Origin: a virus
Lineage: Duplodnaviria; Caudoviricetes
Virus record (IMG/VR): IMGVR_UViG_3300046092_000227
Coordinates: 1 to 51,371 of that record
Direction: 5' to 3' (one strand)
DNA: 51,371 nt
The stretch's first letter is position 1; each line of letters starts with the position of its first letter. A program made the translations under genes and the position numbers. The notes beneath the pieces were generated by a model. The model worked only from the letters and a program-made list of their open reading frames with translations, was not told the origin of the DNA and did not search any database. Of this stretch, positions 45,512 to 51,371 are shown piece by piece.

Positions 45512-46255
45512 TTATTTATTTTTTAAATAACCCATGATGATGCGGCACTCTTTAGGTTGGAATAAAGATACCCGAACAACTCCATCTTCATCTTTGACAT
45601 CATCTAAGTCAATAGAAATTTTTTCCGCAGATTTCATTTCTTCAAGAATAGCCAAGAGGGATTCTTGAGTTTTCAAGCCTTTGGCGATAAGCATATTTTT
45701 AAGCTTATTATTAATATCTGGAAGAGTCGGTTGCGACTTTTCTTTTTCTGGGATCAATTTTGTTTCGCCTTTACTCATTTCCTCATCAGAAACAATATTG
45801 ATATTCAAAAACTTACGAATGCACAGGCTCAACGCTCGGTTTTGAGCTTGTGTTTCTTGGAAATTAGCCATGAAATCACCGCAGTTTCCAACGTTTGAAT
45901 TTGCCACCCAAGAAAATGTTACTGGCTTATTATCTGTTTCGAGATTCGGAAGCCAAGTGATTGTGCATTTTGCTGTGACGTAACCATTATCGACATTCAA
46001 TACTTGTTGGTCGAGTAGCGTGTATCCACGAATACGCATCAGTTCAATTAGCCCACCAATTTTCACAAGGCACTGATTATCGGCAAGACCCTCCGCAGTG
46101 CTTGGAACTGCTTGGCCACGGCGCTCAAAATATTCTTTATTTGGATAAAGATATTCGGGCGAAATCATATCGCGCCAGATAATAAAACCGTGCTTATCTG
46201 TTTTGTATTCAAGACTGTTGATGAAGCCTTCTGAGTTGCGTGTAGTGGTATTCAT
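45512..46255 (-). CDS. Rad52/Sak-like single-strand annealing protein
   Basis: VKIGGL...RIRG, VTAKCTITW and ETQAQNRALSLCIRKFLNI...EEM. Confidence 0.55.
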   Translation of the reverse strand: MNTTTRNSEGFINSLEYKTDKHGFIIWRDMISPEYLYPNKEYFERRGQAVPSTAEGLADNQCLVKIGGLIELMRIRGYTLLDQQVLNVDNGYVTAKCTITWLPNLETDNKPVTFSWVANSNVGNCGDFMANFQETQAQNRALSLCIRKFLNINIVSDEEMSKGETKLIPEKEKSQPTLPDINNKLKNMLIAKGLKTQESLLAILEEMKSAEKISIDLDDVKDEDGVVRVSLFQPKECRIIMGYLKNK

Positions 46256-47409
46256 TTGTAGATAAAAAAGTGCTCAATATCTTGAGCGAACTCTTCACTA
46301 TCGACTACAAAATCCTTACCGTCAAATTGTTTTTGAATTTTCCAGTGTGCAATTGACGCATAACGCTGGGCTTTCGAGAAAACTGATTTTTTAGTCCAAA
46401 ATTTGCAGTCTTTAGAAAGACGCTCAAGCTTATTACGATTAGGTTTGGGCATTCTTTCAACAATGTAATCAAAAAACTTTTCTCGCACATCCGAAATCGT
46501 TTCATCTTTCATTCCCACTAATACAAGATTGGGAATCAAATTTTTTGCAGCTTTAATGTATTCCAATGAAAAGTCATCTCTTTCGTCAATCAACAGGGTT
46601 AGTTGTGGAATATTTTTTTTGTTCAACTCTAGCAACTGAAGATTGATTGGTTTTTTACTAATAATCTTCACTGGGTATTTTTGCGCCCAAACGTGAGCAC
46701 AGTTTTCATCAAAATTAAGATCCATTCTTAAATTGATATTCGCCCCATTCAATTCTGCGCTTTCACCAAAAAAGTCGGGAATGATTTCTACAATGGGCAA
46801 ATTATAATGCTCTCCAATAAGTTGAGTGGAAAAATTAAAATTTATGGGCAAATCTAGTAATTTAAAAACAGATTGGCCAATGTCTTCCACTTTGATAGTG
46901 TTGACCATTTTAGGGTATTCAACTGGACCAAAAGGTGGATGTTTGCCGCCTCGATCTGGCTGCAAGTAAATAACATCTTCAGAATTTGACCAATTGCAAG
47001 GGGATTGCTCTTTGTAAATATGGGAGTATAAAGCTACAACCTTTTTACTGAATGCGGAAGCGTTATGAATTGCCAAAGAGTCGATACCGATATGAAGAAT
47101 CGCTCCTTTTTGAATATATGCAGATTGGGCATAAGTTAAAGTCAAATACTTAGCATCCACTCCATCAATAACTTGATCTTGCGGCCCACCAATTTGAATC
47201 ATTGCAATGCCAAAGTGATTCAGCACTGGCTTCAGCAAAGCGACAGCTTCTGCCCAATAGTCAAAATGTTTTGCTGGAATTTTCCCATCGCCCACATGCA
47301 ATGTTATATACTTATCAAATGGTACGGGAAAAATTTGAGTATTAATATTGGGTTTGTCTAGTGGTAAGACGCCCATGTGGGATGCGTATGTGTCTAAGAG
47401 GGAAGCCAT
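46252..47409 (-). CDS. GT9-like (heptosyltransferase-fold) glycosyltransferase
   Basis: K.FDYW, IQIGG and LHIGIDSLAIHNASAF.K.VVALY. Confidence 0.75.
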   Translation of the reverse strand: MASLLDTYASHMGVLPLDKPNINTQIFPVPFDKYITLHVGDGKIPAKHFDYWAEAVALLKPVLNHFGIAMIQIGGPQDQVIDGVDAKYLTLTYAQSAYIQKGAILHIGIDSLAIHNASAFSKKVVALYSHIYKEQSPCNWSNSEDVIYLQPDRGGKHPPFGPVEYPKMVNTIKVEDIGQSVFKLLDLPINFNFSTQLIGEHYNLPIVEIIPDFFGESAELNGANINLRMDLNFDENCAHVWAQKYPVKIISKKPINLQLLELNKKNIPQLTLLIDERDDFSLEYIKAAKNLIPNLVLVGMKDETISDVREKFFDYIVERMPKPNRNKLERLSKDCKFWTKKSVFSKAQRYASIAHWKIQKQFDGKDFVVDSEEFAQDIEHFFIYK

Positions 47410-49322
47410 TCTGCGCGGAATTTATGTTGTCTGTTCTGATATGTCATGAATCTCTGACTAGCGCCATGGGGAAGCATTACTACATCAAAAAATCCTTTGT
47501 GTTCGTTTCGTCCTGTCATGGCAAAAATATCATCCATTACAGGTAGCCAATCTAAGACTTTATGAATTTGTGGCAAATGTTCTATAAGCTCTTTAAATTG
47601 TGGTTTTGTCGCAAAATAAATTCTAAATTCGGGGTAAAGTTTTGCTACCCTAGGAATTAGAGAGTTTACCATGATTACATCGCCAGCACTTTCTGGCATT
47701 ACAATCAATAATCTCTTATCATCTGTTGCGTCAAGCAGTTCGCTAAAATCAATATTTTTATGATTCAATTGAGCGTTGTGCTGCTGGGCCACATTAACAA
47801 AGTGGTTATACACTCCTTGGTGATCATTGGATCGAGTAAGATGATCAACCCAGTGTTTCACTTGGCTGTTATTCTTGTCAACTTTTTCATGAAGAATATT
47901 AGCAAAAATATCTAATACAAAATCTTGTGGGGAAAGATTTGGCGGAGGGACATAAGATGGGTTCTGTGGTTGAGGAAGGTTCTCTGGAGAATCCCAATCT
48001 TTACTTGGAAGATTATCCAATACCTCTTCCCATTTTTTACCAATAACATCAATAGAGTAATTGTTCAAAACAAACTCGCGTCCTTGGCAACCAATTTTTC
48101 GACGCTCTTCTTCTGGCAATGAAATTAGCCATTCTACTTTTTCAACGATAGAAGATATTTTTGTGCGGCTTTTGATAAAATCAGAACCAAGTTCTACATC
48201 TGGTACCCAATCAAGAGCAAAGCCGCCGCTATTTTCTTTAACCGCATCGGTTCCACAGCTATAATTAGTAACGAGCAATGGCAATTCGCATAGCTTACTT
48301 TCAAGACAGAAAAATTCTAATCCACCGCTAGTTAATGGCAGACACGCGATGTCCATGAGGCTATATACTTCATTTAATTGAGCGTCATCTACTGCATGAA
48401 TGATATCAACCGTATTGCATGTTCCAGTTGAACCGCAAGATTTGCAATTCAAATCATGCCCACAAAATGGCTTAACTTCATAAGTTCTACATGCGCGACA
48501 GTAATAAGTCGTGAGAATATCGGCCAAATCTACATTGTTTTCTTCAGCAAATCTTTTTAAATTAAAACCTTCCTTCCATGAAGTATGAAGCAGTAGTTTA
48601 ATTTTTTTATCTGGATTACGAGCTTTTAATTCTTTTAGCGCCAAAATCAAATGCGGGAATCCCTTGCGAAGCTGATTTCGAGAAACTAAACCAACAATAG
48701 TTGTATCTTTTTCGATTCCGAATTTATTTCGTAAAGCAATCTTTTTCTCGTCTTCTAGTTTATAAAATGGAGTAGGGTCAATGCATCCATGCAAAGTTTT
48801 TACATTTGAATATCCCAACTCTTTAAATGCTTCCTCCGCAAAAGTTGCCCAAACAAAATAATTATCATATTTGCTAGCAGCATCAATAGATGATGGTAGC
48901 AAGCTAAGGGAGTCTAATGTTGTCCAAAGAATAGGGTTCGTTTTGTTGAACCATGTTTTTTTATCATATCCATCAAAAGCCCAAACATCTTCTGCGCAAA
49001 TTACTACGGCGGGTTTGTGCTGCTCAACTATTTTATCAATACCAAAATAACCATAATTTGCTGCGCGCATTTTCAAATCGCGCTCTCCATGGTTTTGGAT
49101 GGATTGTAGTTGAGCGTGTACATCTGGAGAAGCGGCAGTTCCATGGCAGATCCAAGGTTGTTTTTGCGTTTCTGGGCTATCAAAAGCTAGTCCATTTGCA
49201 GCTTCAACAATATTATATTTCCCCGTTTTATGGAGGTAGCGAAGTAGCGTTCTAGTTACTCGGCCAAAACCAGTCAATAAACGAGAAAAATTACTTTGAT
49301 AAACAATTGTTTTTTTGTCCAT
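47394..49322 (-). CDS. GT4-type glycosyltransferase with Zn-ribbon insert and C-terminal GT9-like domain
   Basis: TGFGRV, SRNQLRK, CRAC...CKSC, LNEVY..MD...SGGLE...ESKLC and C-terminal ESAGDVIMVNSL...YFATKP. Confidence 0.8.
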   Translation of the reverse strand: MDKKTIVYQSNFSRLLTGFGRVTRTLLRYLHKTGKYNIVEAANGLAFDSPETQKQPWICHGTAASPDVHAQLQSIQNHGERDLKMRAANYGYFGIDKIVEQHKPAVVICAEDVWAFDGYDKKTWFNKTNPILWTTLDSLSLLPSSIDAASKYDNYFVWATFAEEAFKELGYSNVKTLHGCIDPTPFYKLEDEKKIALRNKFGIEKDTTIVGLVSRNQLRKGFPHLILALKELKARNPDKKIKLLLHTSWKEGFNLKRFAEENNVDLADILTTYYCRACRTYEVKPFCGHDLNCKSCGSTGTCNTVDIIHAVDDAQLNEVYSLMDIACLPLTSGGLEFFCLESKLCELPLLVTNYSCGTDAVKENSGGFALDWVPDVELGSDFIKSRTKISSIVEKVEWLISLPEEERRKIGCQGREFVLNNYSIDVIGKKWEEVLDNLPSKDWDSPENLPQPQNPSYVPPPNLSPQDFVLDIFANILHEKVDKNNSQVKHWVDHLTRSNDHQGVYNHFVNVAQQHNAQLNHKNIDFSELLDATDDKRLLIVMPESAGDVIMVNSLIPRVAKLYPEFRIYFATKPQFKELIEHLPQIHKVLDWLPVMDDIFAMTGRNEHKGFFDVVMLPHGASQRFMTYQNRQHKFRAEWLPS

Positions 49323-49807
49323 TATTCGCTTTTTTGCTGTTGACCAGTAGCGTAAAAAATTTCAGCAAGGGCTGTTTCAAGAAAAACTCGAATAGCTTCC
49401 GCCTCTGCCAATTCAACACCAAGACCAATTTTCAATCCATTTCGAGTGACTGTGAGAGAAAATGCATCTTTACCATCCTTTTTTTTGTATGGAGAAAAAG
49501 AAATCTGAGTCTTATCGCTATCGAAAGTGTGAAAAGCTGAAAACTCTTTATATGCCCTAATTGCATAAATCAAACCACCAATTTCAATTTCATTGAACTT
49601 TACGCAAGCAGATTGACCTTCATCTTTATTATTGTAAAATGAACCAAGACGCTTTTCTTCGTTCCAATCTTTTTGTTTGACAGCATTTAAAAATAGCGCT
49701 GGGCCTTTATTCGTTCGGCCAAGTTGAAAAGAAATAGCAGCACCAGTAAATTGACCGTCTTTTTGAAATTTCTGAGGTTTGAAGATGGGTAGGTTCATAT
49801 TGTCCAT
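49322..49807 (-). CDS. Whirly/PC4-like ssDNA-binding protein (putative)
   Basis: Duplicated beta-strands-plus-helix pattern: VKFNEIEIGGLI...FSAFH and IGLGVELAEAEAIRVFL. Confidence 0.5.
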   Translation of the reverse strand: MDNMNLPIFKPQKFQKDGQFTGAAISFQLGRTNKGPALFLNAVKQKDWNEEKRLGSFYNNKDEGQSACVKFNEIEIGGLIYAIRAYKEFSAFHTFDSDKTQISFSPYKKKDGKDAFSLTVTRNGLKIGLGVELAEAEAIRVFLETALAEIFYATGQQQKSE

Positions 49808-49916
49808 TATACTAACTAAATTCTAAAAAATACTTACTATTGAATATGAAAACTTTTCGCGCTCTTATCTTCGCCCTTTGGTTGATGCTAACTAATCCGA
49901 AGTGTAAAACCAGTAT

Positions 49917-50189
49917 ATGCTCTCGTCATCCCCCATCACTTTCCTCGGAACATCTGTAGCCGCATTTGGATCAACTATTATTACTGGTACAGCTATTTAT
50001 ACTGGTAATTGGGCAGCAATTCGAACTTTAGACTCAGGTTTTACCTTCAACGCTGCAACTAAAACGTCAAATATCGTTAACGACTCTTACTTTAACGGCA
50101 AAACATTCTCCGCTCCTACTGAAATCGTTGGTAACTTTACTGGAATTCAATTATCAAGCGGCTCATGTATTGCTATTAAAAGCATTTAA
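49917..50189 (+). CDS. Small beta-rich virion-like protein
   Basis: IVGNFTGIQLSSGSCIA; GTGTAA lies 9 nt before the ATG. Confidence 0.7.
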   Translation: MLSSSPITFLGTSVAAFGSTIITGTAIYTGNWAAIRTLDSGFTFNAATKTSNIVNDSYFNGKTFSAPTEIVGNFTGIQLSSGSCIAIKSI

Positions 50190-50192
50190 AAA

Positions 50193-50915
50193 ATGATTAA
50201 AATAGGAATAGGATCAAGATATTTCACCGCTGCATCAGCAGCAAGAAGTCCCGTGTATGCGTTTCTTGATTATACAAATTGTTCTACTTCAACAGCAATT
50301 GGAGGCATTTATTATTCCAATACACCAACGCTTGCTCTTGGTACAGTATTATATACTGATTCGCAATTAACAGAACCTTACCAAGAGGCTAATTCTATTT
50401 TAAAAGAGCCTAGTCTTGATAACGGGGTTAATATTACTACAGATTCATTAGGAGTTATATATGCGTTTAGCAGATGTTATTCAGAACACACTTTATATGT
50501 TTCATGTGGTAATGCTGACGGTGGTGCAAATTATTATACAAGGTATAATGATGTTTTAGCAAATGGAACAGTTTTGTATACCGATAGTGATTTAATCACG
50601 CCTATAGCTGGCGTAAATTTATCTCTTGATGGCGTAATTTACTCAACAGATTCAAATGGTGTCATATCAGTAGGTTATTGTAATACGCAACTCTCTCCTG
50701 CTGCATATTCAAATTGTACTGATTACCAAAATGGGCAAAATGGAATAGGCATGTATGTGAGAAATATTGAATATTCTAATCCTCTGGCTCAAGGTACAAA
50801 AGTATACAGTGATACGCTTGCTATTAGTGAAATTTCCTCTCAAACATTCGTTTGGGACAACAATGTTTACGTTTATAATGGCAGTACAACATTAAGTAGC
50901 CAGTGCAATACATAA
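50193..50915 (+). CDS. Three-repeat, Cys-containing fibre or decoration protein
   Basis: Repeats LALGTVLYTDS, LANGTVLYTDS and LAQGTKVYSDT, each bracketed by Cys. Confidence 0.7.
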   Translation: MIKIGIGSRYFTAASAARSPVYAFLDYTNCSTSTAIGGIYYSNTPTLALGTVLYTDSQLTEPYQEANSILKEPSLDNGVNITTDSLGVIYAFSRCYSEHTLYVSCGNADGGANYYTRYNDVLANGTVLYTDSDLITPIAGVNLSLDGVIYSTDSNGVISVGYCNTQLSPAAYSNCTDYQNGQNGIGMYVRNIEYSNPLAQGTKVYSDTLAISEISSQTFVWDNNVYVYNGSTTLSSQCNT

Positions 50916-50918
50916 TTT

Positions 50919-51269
50919 ATGAACATCAAAATTCCAAAACAATTTGTTGACAACAGTGAAATTAACGAACTCATCATTGAGTTTGTTGGTAAACGCAATT
51001 ACAAAGTGCCACCCAATAATGAATTGATCAGCGTACCAGACTCTGTGTTTAATAATTGTTCAAGCATTGTATTTCACGTTGAAAATAAAAATAGTCAAAA
51101 AACAACTCTTGCGCTCGAAAAACATCAAGTGTTGTTTCCTAAAGACTTGAGTCAGTTGTATCCAGCGAAATTTGATGAAGTAATTCAGTCACAGTTCAAT
51201 AAAAAAGTGCCAATAAAAATTTTTAGTCCCGAAGATTATTTGCGAGTTAATGAAGCAGAGTGCTATTAG
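50919..51269 (+). CDS. Hypothetical protein
   Basis: 116 aa ORF in the same operon. Confidence 0.6.
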   Translation: MNIKIPKQFVDNSEINELIIEFVGKRNYKVPPNNELISVPDSVFNNCSSIVFHVENKNSQKTTLALEKHQVLFPKDLSQLYPAKFDEVIQSQFNKKVPIKIFSPEDYLRVNEAECY

Positions 51270-51371
51270 TAATAATCTCAGCACTGAAGTTATTGGAACC
51301 AAAAAACTTATCTATTACACTGTGTACGGTGAGTGGTACATTAAACTCTTGGAGAAATCCATAGAGTCTCT

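Noticed and set aside
1-51371. Stop-codon reassignment (several in-frame TAA cases)
   Set aside because: Most genes end in TAA, others end in TGA or TAG, long genes are intact in code 11, and no suppressor tRNA was seen.
1-51371. CRISPR array, integrase, IS element or rRNA
   Set aside because: No regularly spaced repeats with unique spacers and no recognisable recombinase, transposase or rRNA sequence.

Overview
The window is a 51 kb, AT-rich segment of a large tailed dsDNA bacteriophage read in the standard genetic code, with no cellular housekeeping operons. Bases 1-35,700 are a dense minus-strand array of small early/middle genes. Many have their own TTGACA-N16/17-TAnnnT promoter ending about 5-6 nt before the ATG, which implies leaderless mRNAs. 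Recognisable products there are a RuvB-like helicase, GH24 lysozyme, metallopeptidases, three YopX proteins, a metallophosphoesterase, a 2OG-Fe(II) oxygenase, UvsE, an APS-kinase-like protein, ThyX, an ECF-type sigma factor, a GIY-YIG endonuclease, an M15 endolysin with spanin-like genes, a sulfotransferase and a PD-(D/E)xK nuclease. This part also holds two tRNAs (Ile2-CAT, Trp-CCA) and an unexplained structured RNA next to tRNA-Trp. Bases 35,785-44,887 are a plus-strand lambda-like tail-tip operon (L, K/JAB, I, J). It continues directly into a mucin-like Thr/Pro-repeat protein, a KpsS/KpsC-like transferase and a GT-A enzyme with ppGalNAc-T-like motifs. Two more glycosyltransferases, a GNAT-like protein, a Rad52-like annealase and a Whirly-like SSB lie on the minus strand. 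The best candidate for an undescribed system is phage-encoded O-glycosylation, possibly with sulfation, of a mucin-like tail protein and of (S/T)-G sites in virion proteins. The second is a Trp-containing leader ORF, structured RNA and tRNA-Trp unit inside the lysis cassette. All family calls come from reading motifs by eye; no database searches were run.
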